Shown: positions 1 to 12,687, numbered from the stretch's first letter. The stretch is DNA of 64,000 bases from Eledone cirrhosa (GCA_964016885.1 OZ024763.1:25358001-25422000), one strand, 5' to 3'. Translations and numbers: made by a program. The notes: generated by a model from the letters alone, not told the origin.

Positions 1-1095
1 CAGTTATTATCTATGTCATACGTCTCTAAATCGTCTTCTTTTTCGTCATATACATCTTGAAGGGCTTTCCTAAATTTGAATTTTAGTGAAAGGTCTTTTA
101 GCTTCCAGACCTTTCTTCTCCACACCTTCCTATATGTCTCATTCCATCTCTTGCTTACTGAGATATCACTAACAACTAACCTATGCTGTGGGGTACATTC
201 TTCCCCAGGGTATGCCTTGGTATTAGACACTATCTGCCTGTCCCGCTGCCTAACTAGCAGGAAGTCAATCTGGCTTATGTGCTCACCAGATTTGTAGGTT
301 ATTAGGTGATTGGCAGGTTTCTGGAAGTTTGTGTTGCAAATAGTCAATGTACTTGCATCACAAAATTCAAGAAGTCTCACTCCTTCTTCATTTCTTGAAC
401 CATAACCGTGCCCACCATGTACCCCAGTGTAACCATCCTGGAGCTGTCCAACATGACCATTGAAGTCTCCTGCTAGCATAACGATGTCTCCGTCCTCTGT
501 CATTGTGGTTGTTTGCAAAAGTTGCTCATAAAAGCAGTCTTTCTCATCTTTGCCTAGGCCTGCTTGGGGAGCATAGACCGAGATGATTGTCAGTAGTCTC
601 CTACCTACAACTAATCTAAGCTTAATTATTCGATTACTAACTCGAACTACCTCTATTGTCTTATTGATCCATTTCTCAGCCAGGAAAATGCCTACTCCCC
701 CTAACCCATCATCCTTACCTACCCAGAATAGCTTATAGCTAAGACGCTTGCCTACGACTAGTCTCGCAGAGGCACCCCTCCATCTCACCTCTTGCACGCA
801 GCACACATCCACCTGCCTTCTCTCCAGCATCTCCGCTATTTCAGCAGACCTACCTCTGAGAGTGCCAACATTAAGTGTTGCAACTCTGAGATGCGACGTC
901 TTCATATTTTTCTATGCTGTTTTGTTGCTGTGCTGATAAGCTTTTTGGCATTGATACACTGGTTAGATGCCCTTCCTAACACCAGCGCCACTTTACAGCA
1001 TGGACTGGGTGCTTTTATTTGTGCCACCAGCACTAGAGAGGATGTCTTACTAGACTCAAGGGCCCTCTCTACCCCTCCATTTTACAGCATGGTCA
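1..1095 (-). mobile_element. RTE-clade LINE, 5' end (5'UTR plus start of ORF); continues off the left edge
   Basis: APE endonuclease ORF from 905 downwards; upstream segment carries GTGTTAGGAAGGGCATC, a motif typical of RTE 5'UTRs. Confidence 0.85.
3..905 (-). CDS. AP-like endonuclease domain of RTE LINE ORF (partial, runs off window; missing from ORF track)
   Basis: Manual translation: MKTSHLRVATLNVGTLRGRS..VDVCCVQEVRW..IISVYAPQ..LAGDFNGHVG..SQIDFLL..TPQHRLVVSD; no stop seen. Confidence 0.9.
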   Translation of the reverse strand, partial: MKTSHLRVATLNVGTLRGRSAEIAEMLERRQVDVCCVQEVRWRGASARLVVGKRLSYKLFWVGKDDGLGGVGIFLAEKWINKTIEVVRVSNRIIKLRLVVGRRLLTIISVYAPQAGLGKDEKDCFYEQLLQTTTMTEDGDIVMLAGDFNGHVGQLQDGYTGVHGGHGYGSRNEEGVRLLEFCDASTLTICNTNFQKPANHLITYKSGEHISQIDFLLVRQRDRQIVSNTKAYPGEECTPQHRLVVSDISVSKRWNETYRKVWRRKVWKLKDLSLKFKFRKALQDVYDEKEDDLETYDIDNN

Positions 1096-1190
1096 TTAAA
1101 AAAAAAAAAAAAAAAAAAAAAACTTATTGACACGACTCACACACTAATATTCATGCATACAAACCACAACCACACATACCAACACTCATT

Positions 1191-1238
<48 letters not shown>

Positions 1239-1242
<4 letters not shown>

Positions 1243-1346
1243 AACAAGTAGGTCCTACTCGTTCCTATTACCCACTCTACTATCCTAAGTATTGAGTACT
1301 TTGGTGCGTTATGGTCCATCTGATTCCTTACCACATTTCCTTCGTT
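1239..1346 (+). mobile_element. Short PLE-type 3' terminus, family E, with mini fold-back arm
   Basis: Matches 20440-20529 and revcomp of 20877-20965; hairpin TAGGAACAAGTAGG-T-CCTACTCGTTCCTA; flanked by (TA)n. Confidence 0.65.
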
Positions 1347-1371
1347 ATATATATATATATATATATATCTT

Positions 1372-1985
1372 CATCATCATTTTACATCTGCTTTTCCCTG
1401 CTTGTAAGGGTAGGACGGGTCCTATTCAGCACAGCATCTCTCCACTTCTCACGGTCCTTCTTCATCTCCTCCATGAGCTTCAGCAATCTGAGCTCAACTC
1501 TCACCACCTCCGCCCATGATTTTCATGGTCTTCCTCTACTGCGTCTTCCTTCCACTGGGATTTCTTGGCACTTCTTTACCCACCGGTCATCCTCCATGTG
1601 CATCACATGTCCATACCATCGTAGTCTTCTCTCCCACACACTACAGGTTATCCCTCTTATACACAGTTTCTCTCGTCTATGCTTGGTTGTTCATGCACAT
1701 TGACATTGCATATCCATCAGATTATGCTTGCTTTATTTCTCTCCAGCCTTCACATATCGTTTGCAGTTGCTGTCCATGTCTCACTACCATTCAGCATCAA
1801 GCATCTCACACAGGCATCATACAACAAACCTTTTGTTCAGAGGGAGAATCCCTTCATTGTCAACAGAGGAAGCAGCTCCCTAAATTTCTTCATTCCTGTC
1901 CTTATTCTAGATACTATGGTCTCGGAGCATCCTCCACCCTTGCTAATCTGATCACCTAGATATCGGAAGCTATCAACCACCTCTA
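1372..1985 (-). mobile_element. 5'-truncated decayed RTE LINE 3' end
   Basis: Minus-strand translation VDSFRYLG..LNGSETW..ERRLRWYGHVMHM..GRRSRGRP with stops; ends GGAAAAGCAGATGTAAA(ATG)n. Confidence 0.85.
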
Positions 1986-2439
1986 TAGATCCTACCTACA
2001 TTTGAAAAATGTGCCTACCACTGACACTTCTACTATCAATTTTCCCTAAACATCTACTACATATGAAGTATTCCCTTCCTGTTAGTTTGCTTGATATCCT
2101 ACTACACCTCTTGTATAGCCAAGATCTTTATTTATATATAAATATATATATATATATATGGAGCCATGTATTTTAAATTGAGTGGCACTACTTTCAGTGT
2201 TTAGCAATTGTTAGACTGCAAATAAATCCCCTTGTTTGTTCTGTTGACCATGTTATTCTCCACTTTTTCAATGTTATTACTCCAAGATAAACTTACATAG
2301 GAATACAAGTGAAATCATAAACTTGTCATCTAAGTAAACCTCTTGTTGAGTTAAGCAACGCCGTACGCTAAAACTATCCATAATAAGAAGTATTCACAAC
2401 CTCTAACTGGATTACCTATAACGATATCTTGTTATCCTT

Positions 2440-2473
<34 letters not shown>

Positions 2474-2477
2474 GAGA

Positions 2478-2800
2478 GAGCATTGGCCTTGCAATCGAAA
2501 GGTTGTGAGTTCAATCCTCAGACCGGGTGATGTGTTGTTTCCTTGAGCAAGACACTTTATTTCACATTGCTCCAGTTTACTCAGCTGTAGAAATGAGATG
2601 ATAGGGACTGAGATCCCTATCATTCCACTGCAAAGTGGTCGTGGAGGTGCCACGACAAAAAAGCACCCAACACTCACTGTAAATGAGGTTAGTGTTAGGA
2701 AGGGCATCCAGCTGTAGAAATCAAGCCAGAATCAGTTCCCGTCCCATCCTTGCAAGCAGGGAAAAGCGGACGTAAAATGATGATGATGATGATGATGATG
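2478..2800 (+). mobile_element. tRNA-derived SINE with CORE-like body and RTE-derived bipartite tail
   Basis: B box GAGTTCAATCC; CCTTGAGCAAGACACTT core; 2640-2720 resembles revcomp 960-1035; 2738-2800 resembles revcomp 1372-1420 with (ATG)n tail. Confidence 0.8.
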
Positions 2801-2801
2801 A

Positions 2802-2990
2802 TATCATTTAACACCCATTTTTCCACACTAACATAGGTTAGACGAGTTGTCCCATTGTGAGACAAGTCAGATCAGATGATCATGTCTTGTTCATACGGAA
2901 CTGTTTCTGGCTTCATTTCTATTACTGGATGCCTTTCTTAGCACCAACCACATTTACAGTGTAGACTGGGCACTTTTTGTTGTGTCACTC
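2802..2990 (-). mobile_element. Decayed SINE/RTE-derived tail fragment, tail-to-tail with the previous SINE
   Basis: CTGGATGCCTTTCTTAGCACCAACCACATTTACAGTGTAGACTGGGCAC resembles 965-1020 and revcomp of 2660-2712. Confidence 0.55.
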
Positions 2991-3332
2991 ACACAACCAC
3001 TCATATATATATAATATATATGATAATAAGAGCGCTGCGGAGTTGCAAATGGGTTACATATGAAAAAAGTTTGTCCTTCATCAGTGATCTTCCAACCATC
3101 ATAGGCATTTCATTGCTTTAAAGACCATATACCTCCGGTTGGTGCGAGCAACGGCTAAAAAAAGTCGTTTGGACACGTAAATAAAGGGGACGCGAGTGTA
3201 AACAAACAAAATGGTGAAGCAACAGAAAGTGAGGACTAAGGAGACAAGTCCCAAATTTCTATGAATTTAAATTCGGTGAAATCGTGAACGAGAGAATAAA
3301 GACCATCAAACCTGGTTGAAATGTGAGCAAGG

Positions 3333-3382
<50 letters not shown>

Positions 3383-3632
3383 TTCAAGAAATGACAAGAC
3401 AAACACACAGATGCCAGAACAGTCTTATTAGTATCATGGTTAGGAGGGATTAGAAGAGGGTTTGAGTTTTCAGACATAGGTCCTTCTTCACAAAATAGAG
3501 AGTTCAGAGAAAGAAAATGTTGGAACAGCAGAGTTTGGTGAGAAAGAAAATTACAGGCAGTGCTTTTCATGACAAAATATGGTAACAACAAAAAGATTTA
3601 ACCAAAAATTAGGTTTAAAAGAATAAAACAAC

Positions 3633-3705
3633 AGCCCCCAGTGAGAATTGAACTCACGACCCCTGGTTTACAAGACCAGTGCTCTAACCACTGAGCTATG
3701 GAGGC
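3633..3705 (-). tRNA. tRNA-Thr(UGU)
   Basis: GCCTCCATAGCTCAGTGGTTAGAGCACTGGTCTTGTAAACCAGGGGTCGTGAGTTCAATTCTCACTGGGGGCT: full cloverleaf, anticodon arm CTGGT-CTTGTAA-ACCAG, A and B boxes, TTTT just downstream. Confidence 0.93.
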
Positions 3706-3828
3706 TTAGTTATTTGAATTTCTTTTATACTTCTATTTAAATCTAACATCTATATCAGAGAAAGCTCTGAGACTAAAGGGTGTGTCAAGATATTGTAGGA
3801 ATGAGAATACTTTTGAAAGTTGGAAACC

Positions 3829-3847
3829 ATATATATATATGTATGTA

Positions 3848-3898
<51 letters not shown>

Positions 3899-3972
3899 AT
3901 ATATATACATACATATGTGTGTATATGCGTATATATATATATATACACATGTTTATATTTATACAGGCAGAC

Positions 3973-4032
<60 letters not shown>

Positions 4033-4206
4033 ATAAACATGTGTATATATATATTTATACATGTGTGTATATAGATATATATACACGTGTGTATATATAT
4101 ATACACACACACATATAGAGAGATATGTATATATATATATAGATATATAGATATATACACGTGTGTGTATATATATATATATATACACACACACACATAT
4201 ATAGAG

Positions 4207-4277
<71 letters not shown>

Positions 4278-4315
4278 TATATAGAGATATATATACATAT
4301 ATATATATATACATA

Positions 4316-4388
<73 letters not shown>
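3829..4388. repeat. Compound (TA)n/(TG)n/(CA)n microsatellite
   Basis: Direct reading. Confidence 0.97.
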
Positions 4389-4433
4389 TGATATGATCTT
4401 CCCTGTTCCCAAAAGGCCAACCTGTTTCCATTT

Positions 4434-4469
<36 letters not shown>

Positions 4470-4574
4470 ATATCTCTCGCTTGATGCTCCCCCTCTCTGT
4501 ATAAAGTGAGTGTGGTGAGCAGAGGGTTGGAGGGACAGACAGACAGACAGTGCTCTTATTATCTAGTTATCTAG

Positions 4575-4915
4575 GGCAGTGGATTGGTCAAATCCTACCG
4601 AGGTTAACTTTGCCCTTTCATCCTTACGGTGGTTGATAAAATAAAGTACCAGTAATGTACTGAGGTCGATTGAATCAAATTTCCCCTCTCCCAAAATTGC
4701 TGGTCTTGTGCCTATAGTAGAAATCATTATGGACTGGCAGTATCATTAGAGCATCAGACACCATGCTTTGCAGCATAGAGTTATGGCCCTTTATGATCTG
4801 AGTTCAAGGTCCGCCGAGGTAACTTTGCCTTTGATCCTTAAGGGGTTGATAAAATAAAGTACCAGTAATACGCTGGGGTAATTGCTGGCGTTGTGTCAAA
4901 AGTAGAAACAATTAT
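4575..4915 (+). mobile_element. Two tandem copies of a second SINE-like family
   Basis: Shared core AACTTTGCC(C)TTT(C/G)ATCCTT..GGTTGATAAAATAAAGTACCAGTA, also at 7993, 8368, 8915, 9062, 61333. Confidence 0.7.
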
Positions 4916-5068
4916 AATATAGATTATTATTTGGCAGTATCGGTAGAGTTGGGTTGTGCAACATATTCCATTGGTGGGTCACTATTGAACATTGGAAGAA
5001 CTATTAGGGTCATTAATATTTATTATCACTATTCAAAAGATTCACCACAACTTCTTTCCATAACATGG

Positions 5069-7871
5069 AACTTGGAAATTATAACACACAACCCTATCAG
5101 TGAAGGCCTTTAGTATAGGTCAACTGGGAAATTATAACACACATAACCCTATCAGTGAAGCCCTTTAGTATAGGTCAACTGGGAAATTATAACACATAAC
5201 CCTATCAGTGAAGCCCTTTAGTATAGGTCAACTGGGAAATTATAACACACATAACCCTATCAGTGAAGCCCTTTAGTATAGGTCAACTGGGAAATTATAA
5301 CACACATAACCCTATCAGTGAAGCCCTTTAGTATAGGTCAACTGGGAAATTATAACACACATAACCCTATCAGTGAAGCCCTTTAGTATAGGTCAACTGG
5401 GAAATTATAACACACATAACCCTATCAGTGAAGCCCTTTAGTATAGGTCAACTGGGAAATTATAACACACATAACCCTATCTGTGAAAGCCTTTAGTATA
5501 GGTCAACTGGGAAATTATAACACACAACCCTATCAGTGAAGGCCTTTAGTATAGGTCAACTGGGAAATTATAACACACATAACCCTATCAGTGAAAGCCT
5601 TTAGTATAGGTCAACTGGGAAATTATAACACACATAACCCTATCAGTGAAAGCCTTTAGTATAGGTCAACTGGGAAATTATAACACACATAACCCTATCA
5701 GTGAAAGCCTTTAGTATAGGTCAACTGGGAAATTATAACACACAACCCTATCAGTGAAGCCCTTTAGTATAGGTCAACTGGGAAATTATAACACACAACC
5801 CTATCAGTGAAGCCCTTTAGTACAGGTCAACTGGGAAATTATAACACACATAACCCTATCAGTGAAGCCCTTTAGTATAGGTCAACTGGGAAATTATAAC
5901 ACACAACCCTATCAGTGAAGCCCTTTAGTATAGGTTAACTGGGAAATTATAACACACAACCCTATCAGTGAAGCCCTTTAGTATAGGTTAACTGGGAAAT
6001 TATAACATACATAACCCTATCAGTGAAGGCCTTTAGTATAGGTTAACTGGGAAATTATAACACACAACCCTATCAGTGAAGGCCTTTAGTATAGGTCAAC
6101 TGGGAAATTATAACACACATAACCCTATCAGTGAAGCCCTTTAGTATAGGTCAACTGGGAAATTATAACACACATAACCCTATCAGTGAAGCTCTTTAGT
6201 ATAGGTCAACTGAGAAATTATAACACACAACCCTATCAGTGAAGCCCTTTAGTATAGGTCAACTGGGAAATTATAACACACATAACCCTATCAGTGAAGC
6301 CCTTTAGTTTAGGTCAACTGGGAAAATATAACACACAACCCTATCAGTGAAGCCCTTTAGTACAGGTCAACTGGGAAATTATAACACACATAACCCTATC
6401 AGTGAAAGCCTTTAGTATAGGTCAACTGGGAAATTATAACACACATAACCCTATCAGTGAAGGCCTTTAGTATAGGTCAACTGGGAAATTATAACACACA
6501 ACCCTATCAGTGAAGGCCTTTAGTATAGGTCAACTGGGAAATTATAACACACATAACCCCATCAGTGAAGTCCTTTAGTATAGGTCAACTGGGAAATTAT
6601 AACACACATAACCCCATCAGTGAAGTCCTTTAGTATAGGTCAACTGGGAAATTATAACACACATAACCCTATCAGTGAAGCCCTTTAGTATAGGTCAACT
6701 GGGAAATTATAACACACATAACCCTATCAGTGAAGCCCTTTAGTACAGGTCAACTGGGAAATTATAACACACATAACCCTATCAGTGAAGCCCTTTAGTA
6801 TAGGTCAACTGGGAAATTATAACACACATAACCCTATCAGTGAAGCCCTTTAGTACAGGTCAACTGGGAAATTATAACACACAACCCTATCAGTGAAGCC
6901 CTTTAGTATAGGTCAACTGGGAAATTATAACACACAACCCTATCAGTGAAGCCCTTTAGTATAGGTCAACTGGGAAATTATAACGCACAACCCTATCAGT
7001 GAAGCCCTTTAGTATAGGTCAACTGGGAAATTATAACACACATAACCCTATCAGTGAAGCCCTTTAGTATAGGTCAACTGGGAAATTATAACACACATAA
7101 CCCTATCAGTGAAGCCCTTTAGTATAGGTCAACTGGGAAATTATAACACACAACCCTATCAGTGAAGCCCTTTAGTATAGGTCAACTGGGAAATTATAAC
7201 ACACAACCCTATCAGTGAAGCCCTTTAGTATAGGTCAACTGGGAAATTATAACACACATAACCCTATCAGTGAAGCCCTTTAGTATAGGTCAACTGGGAA
7301 ATTATAACACACATAACCCTATCAGTGAAGCCCTTTAGTATAGGTCAACTGGGAAATTATAACACACATAACCCTATCAGTGAAGGCCTTTAGTATAGGT
7401 CAACTGGGAAATTATAACACACAACCCTATCAGTGAAGCCCTTTAGTATAGGTCAACTGGGAAATTATAACACACAACCCTATCAGTGAAGCCCTTTAGT
7501 ATAGGTCAACTGGGAAATTATAACGCACAACCCTATCAGTGAAGCCCTTTAGTATAGGTCAACTGGGAAATTATAACACACATAACCCTATCAGTGAAGC
7601 CCTTTAGTATAGGTCAACTGGGAAATTATAACACACATAACCCTATCAGTGAAGCCCTTTAGTATAGGTCAACTGGGAAATTATAACACACAACCCTATC
7701 AGTGAAGCCCTTTAGTATAGGTCAACTGGGAAATTATAACACACAACCCTATCAGTGAAGCCCTTTAGTATAGGTCAACTGGGAAATTATAACACACATA
7801 ACCCTATCAGTGAAGGCCTTGAGAAAAGGTCAACTGGGAAATTATAACACACAACCCTACCAGTGAAGCCC
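5069..7871. repeat. Minisatellite, about 51 copies of a 53/55-bp unit
   Basis: Unit GGGAAATTATAACACACA(TA)ACCCTATCAGTGAAGCCCTTTAGTATAGGTCAACT, highly homogeneous, no spacers. Confidence 0.97.
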
Positions 7872-7992
7872 AACTAACAGAAAATTGTATTACGGTTACA
7901 AAAACAATTCTAAATAAGTCTACAAGATAACATTTAAAAACGGTCATTGAGAATAAACGAATTAATTAGTTAAGAGGAACATTTTGTAATTA

Positions 7993-8180
7993 ATAATTGT
8001 TTCTACTTTAGGCACAAGGCCAGCAATTACCCAGTGCACTACTGGTACTTTATTTTATCGACCCCGTAAGGATGAAAGGCAAAGTCAACCTCGGCGAGAT
8101 TTGAACTCAGATCGTAAAGGGACGTAACTATTCTGGAAAGCATGGTGTCCGACCCTTTACCGATACTGCCAATCCACCAA
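7993..8180 (-). mobile_element. Second SINE-like family copy
   Basis: Revcomp of the core (ACTGGTACTTTATTTTATCGACCCCGTAAGGATGAAAGGCAAAGTCAACC); B-box-like GAGTTCAAATC on minus strand. Confidence 0.7.
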
Positions 8181-8367
8181 TAAATAATACTCAGGTATAA
8201 TGATTTATTTTTTAATTATTTTTTACCAAATTTTTTGAGAGAATGGCCTCAAATTTTATATAGCTTCGGCCTCAGCAGGTGGAAATTAAAAACGGCCATT
8301 GTGGGCCACTCTCGCTGGTCTGGCAGACCGGGTTGTGGCCCATGGGCTACCTGTTGCACACCCCTGC

Positions 8368-9250
8368 AGTAGAGCATCAGGCAAAATGTTTTGTGGTATG
8401 TAGTTACAACTTTCTACATTCTGAGCTCAAATCCTGCCATGGTCAACTTTGCCTATCATCTTTCTAGAGTTGATAAAATAAAGTACCAGTTATGTATTGG
8501 GGTATGATATCATCGACTTTCCTTTTCCAAATTTCTAGCCTTTTGTCAATTGTTGTTATTGCTACAAGAGGGTAGATTCTCAGAGTTGGTAGTGCATCAG
8601 AAAAGGTTTTTGCAGTATTTGTTCTGGTTCTTTACATTCTTTGTGAAGGTGCCTGGCTGAGTTTTATAGACAATTGGATTCACAATTGTGAGGTCGTGAT
8701 TTCAATTCCAAGACCAGGTGATGCATTATGTCCTTGAGCAAGACACTTTATTTCATGTTGCTCCTTCTGCCTGGATTTGCAAACAGTAGATATTATCAGC
8801 AATTGGAAAGACCAATGGAAATATTGTTTCCTCAGCCCAATTTGGTGGGCTCCACCACACTCGGTAAGCAAATAAGTCTGATATCTCGTCAATCGACTGT
8901 TTATATTAACATTCTGAGTTCAAATCCCAGGTTAGCTTTGCCTTTTATCCTTACAGGATTGATAAAATAAAGTACCAGTAATGCACTGGGGTTGATTTAA
9001 TTGACTTTCCTCTCCCCTCAAAAAGTAGAAACCATTGTTGTTGTTGTTGTTGCTGTTACAGCATGGTAGATTGTTTGAGTCGGTAGAGCATCGGACAAAC
9101 TACTTTGCAGTATTTGTTCTGGCTCTTTACAGTCTGAGTCCAACTTTGCCTTTCATCCTTCCAAGGTCAATAAAATAAAGTACCAGTAAAGTACTGGGTC
9201 TGTATAGACTTTCCCCTTCCCCACAAATTGCTGGTCTTCTGCCTGAATTT
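8368..9250 (+). mobile_element. Three tandem copies of the second SINE-like family, the middle one interrupted by another SINE
   Basis: Core motif at about 8445, 8935 and 9142. Confidence 0.65.
8641..8905 (+). mobile_element. tRNA/CORE-like SINE, same family as 10671 and 24178
   Basis: GTGAAGG head, CCTTGAGCAAGACACTT core, AGCAATTGGAAAGACCAA tail; flanked by TSD-like ACATTCT (8634-8640, 8909-8915). Confidence 0.8.
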
Positions 9251-9697
9251 AAAAGAAAGAATTAACTGCAAGGTGTTGATGTTGTCTGGTATAAGCTGGT
9301 TTCCTCGTTACTAAACCTCGTCACAGGTAAGTAACTGGTGTACGTGAGGTGGCATTACCATCGCTTGGTCTTGTGATGTGTGAAGAAATCATACAAAGAA
9401 ATGGAACTTTATAAGAAAATTATGGTAAATTTATATTATCATATTATAATGGAGGTTTTGGGGTAAAGGTACCACAGGAAACAGGCAATTGAGGTTTTGG
9501 GGTAGAGGTACAACAGAAAATGTGTAAATTACGATGGCTTTGAATAACATTTGTTCAAAACATGGAAATATCAGGAAAAAAACAAACTTCAACTTCAAAA
9601 ATTTTAACCAAACCTATGAATTTAATTTAATTAAATAATTTTTTAATAATTAATAATAAAGGTTTACCAAAAAGAGAATCAGTGGGGAGAGTGAAAG

Positions 9698-9833
9698 CAG
9701 GGTTTCCTAAACTTTTTCAAATGCGGAACCCTTTTTGGTTCAGAAGCTTTTGGTTGTAATATAAATATACTCCTCTACCTTTTTTCACAGGACCCTAGAC
9801 ACTCCTTTGTGGAACCCTCTTTGGGAACCACTG
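9698..9833. mobile_element. hAT/Charlie-like MITE (136 bp)
   Basis: TIRs CAGGGTTTCCTAAA / TTTGGGAACCACTG; internal GGAACCC repeats; TSD not clean. Confidence 0.55.
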
Positions 9834-10145
9834 GATAAAGGTATCAGTTAGAAAGAATAGGGTTAAGAAACATAGCCAGATAAGGTATGGAGAAAGTTGT
9901 AAAACATGACATATATATCTAGAGAGAGGCTGTTGTTTAGCCCTAGGTCAGATTTACTGGAGTGGATCTCTAGTAATCAAAGACAGCTCACCTGTGACCA
10001 TCCTTGGGGTTTTTTGTGTATTGAGGGCTTCATACCACAGTTTATTCTTCCGATTTTTCTTTAAGTAGTTGGGTTTTTAGGAAGATTTGGTTCTAATTTC
10101 TAGCTGGACAAATGACCGCATAGGAACTTATTTTGATTCTTTGTG

Positions 10146-10178
<33 letters not shown>

Positions 10179-10219
10179 ATATATGTATGTGCGTGCGTGT
10201 GTGTATATATGTATGTCGA

Positions 10220-10490
10220 CACTGAAGATGAAGAATTCAGAGCTGTACAGGAGCCTCCCAAAAGTCAGCTCAAAAGTAACACAGAGGAGACTGAGGTTAG
10301 CTGGACATACTCACCGACATTGAGTTGACACTGCACTCGGTGCTCCTGTCGGAGCCCCTACACGGACACACTTGAGGGAGACCAAGAAAGACATATATTG
10401 TACCCTCAGGACAGACACTGGTCTCTGGAAGATGGACAGAGATCACTGGAGAGAACTCATCCATGGATCTCGGGAATTTTACCCACCCTA
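10220..10490 (+). mobile_element. Decayed 3' fragment of the RTE-like family at 38265-39538
   Basis: Aligns by eye with 39228-39525 (CCCAAAAGTCAGCTCAAAAGT..CCATGGATCTCGG). Confidence 0.85.
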
Positions 10491-10670
10491 GGGATGTATA
10501 TATATATATTTATGAATGTATGTATGTACATATAGAGTATGTGGTGCTGAGACTGAAGAGACCACTAATCATGGGAGTACTCAATGCATGTGGAGATGCA
10601 GAGTAGTTATAGAGATATGTAAAATACCGACTGCTGTGTTAAGTGGTTTCGGGTTTTATTTGTGTGTGTG

Positions 10671-10890
10671 TGAAGGCGCGTGACTGAGTGGTAAATAATT
10701 TGATGTGCAATCGTGAGATTCTGAATTCGATTCCTGGACCGGATAATGCATTATGTCCTTGAGCAAGACACTTTATTTCACATTGCTCCTTCCTGGAGTT
10801 GTGACCGATAGATAGTATTAGCAATTGGAAAGTCCAACGGAAACATTGTTTCCTCAGTCCGATTCGATAAAAGTCGATTGACTGTTGTCG
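10671..10890 (+). mobile_element. tRNA/CORE-like SINE
   Basis: Homologous over its full length to 24178-24397. Confidence 0.8.
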
Positions 10891-10903
10891 ACACACATAC
10901 ACT

Positions 10904-10967
<64 letters not shown>

Positions 10968-10980
10968 ACTGTGTGCTTTC

Positions 10981-11086
10981 CTGATGATTTCCTTCCAATG
11001 AAACAGTTCTAATATATTAAATTTGTTGTTTACACTCTACCACTGTATTGAGTACCTTACTGTGGTTACCCCCAATTGAACCCAGG

Positions 11087-11087
<1 letters not shown>
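10981..11087 (+). mobile_element. Family D PLE-type terminus beginning at an HHR core
   Basis: CTGATGATTTCCTTCCAATGAAACAGTTC then ACTC..TTGAGTACCTTACTGTGGTTACC; homologous to revcomp of 12528-12650 and 32529-32658. Confidence 0.65.
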
Positions 11088-11132
<45 letters not shown>

Positions 11133-11183
11133 TTAAAGAGATCAGAGGCCATAAGAGGTTGATTTAGGTTTATATAAATGTCT

Positions 11184-11240
11184 GTGATACATATTTCACT
11201 GAGGACTATAAATTTTCATAACCTAAAGTCTTCAGATGAT
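11184..11240 (-). ncRNA. Putative decayed hammerhead ribozyme
   Basis: Minus strand CTGAAGA-stem II (CT..AGG TTATGAA / TTTATAG TCCT..AG)-GAAA-TATGTA-TC; stem I weak. Confidence 0.4.
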
Positions 11241-12527
11241 ATAAAATCTTTTGAAAAGACTTTAAAATATTTAAAATTCTTCAAAAGCTCCGGTTTTTAC
11301 TATTTATACGCGACATTGAATGCTTCATTTTATCTGCGTGACAGCTGACTGACCATAATGTGGTCTGTACATCAGGTAGAACTGGCCATTCTAGTAAGTA
11401 AAACATGATATAATAAATTACAGCACTCGACATTGTACAAATCATCCATTGTAGATGTGGTATCCTATGGCTGCTTCCATTTCAACAGTTCGGAATTAGT
11501 TGTTGAAACGGCAGGAGCTCAGCCGTCGGGGTGCCGAATCCTTCATATTACATATGTATATATTTGTGTATATACATATAAGTACATATACATACGTGCA
11601 TACACCTATATGTGGATATAGCCTTTACACATGTATATATATGAGTATATAAATACAAAGACAAGATGGTGTGGAACAGAAGAAAGAGGAGACACAAAGT
11701 AACAGAAGTGATCACAAAATCTGTGACGAAACAGCTTTGACAATCAACAACTAACCGACAAGAAATTATAATAAATAAAACCTCATGTGTGCGTGTTTTT
11801 TATTGGCAGTATGACCCTCCAAAGTATATATACGATGTATATAATATATATACATACGATATATTAATACATGTTTTATATATATAATATGCATGCATAC
11901 ATACAGAGAATGGGTTATACTTTGGGAGAATCATGCTTTAAATTCTAAAATATTTCCCATCATGCCACAAGAATTTGCTGAGTCATTAGTGACAACTCCA
12001 TCTTGATTTCATCAACAAAAAACGGTGAGAAAATATCTTAAAGCTTCCTCTCTAATTCATACACGTAATAATAATTTATTTACACAATTGTTGTGAGTTA
12101 ACCAGTGAAACAGTTATTAACAGAATATATTGTTTGAAAAGTTGATAATTTCGCTACAAATATGCGGTGGAGCTTTTAAAAACCTCACTGTGTTATTTAA
12201 AATAGCGGAGTAATCACACATGTATACAAATATATATATTCGTGTATAAACGTACTTATTTTCATAAATCCAATATATTTGACTCTGTTTACAATATTTC
12301 AAACGGCCTCGTGTTTCTTCTGTGATTTGGGTGAGATTTGTTTACTATTTCTACGAGGTTTTAAGGCAGTGTGTAGTGATTTAAATGAGATTCAGCTGCT
12401 ATTTCTAGCGTTTTATGTATATATGCGTGTGTATGGGTTTGCATTTGGTTTCATACGCACACCTATTAATATATATATTATATGCTTTCATATACACCTC
12501 TATATCTATATATTATGTGTGTGTGTA

Positions 12528-12687
12528 TCCCGGTTTCAATCGGGGTTAACCGCAGTAAGTAAGGTACTCAATACATAGAGTATATACAATATTTAATATA
12601 GAAGTGGCTTCTACGGGACTAGAACGGTTTCATTCGAAGGAAATTATCGGTTCTAGTCCCGTAGAAGCCATTTCTATATTAAATATT
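12528..12687 (-). mobile_element. Family D terminus with 38-bp inverted arm
   Basis: Inverted repeat 12588-12625 / 12650-12687; loop is a damaged HHR core (GATAATTTCCTTCGAATGAAACC on minus). Confidence 0.65.

Noticed and set aside
1516-1959. Plus-strand ORFs of 90-147 aa
   Set aside because: Antisense shadows of the decayed RTE fragment
5092-5103. tet operator-like word CCCTATCAGTGA in each satellite unit
   Set aside because: Only 12 of 19 bases, palindrome incomplete (no TAGAGA), no vector sequence; treated as coincidence
5069-7871. CRISPR-like array
   Set aside because: Head-to-tail units with no unique spacers, no cas genes, eukaryotic context
5069-7871. Hammerhead-containing satellite
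   Set aside because: Minus strand has CTGATAG, not CTGANGA, and no following GAAA
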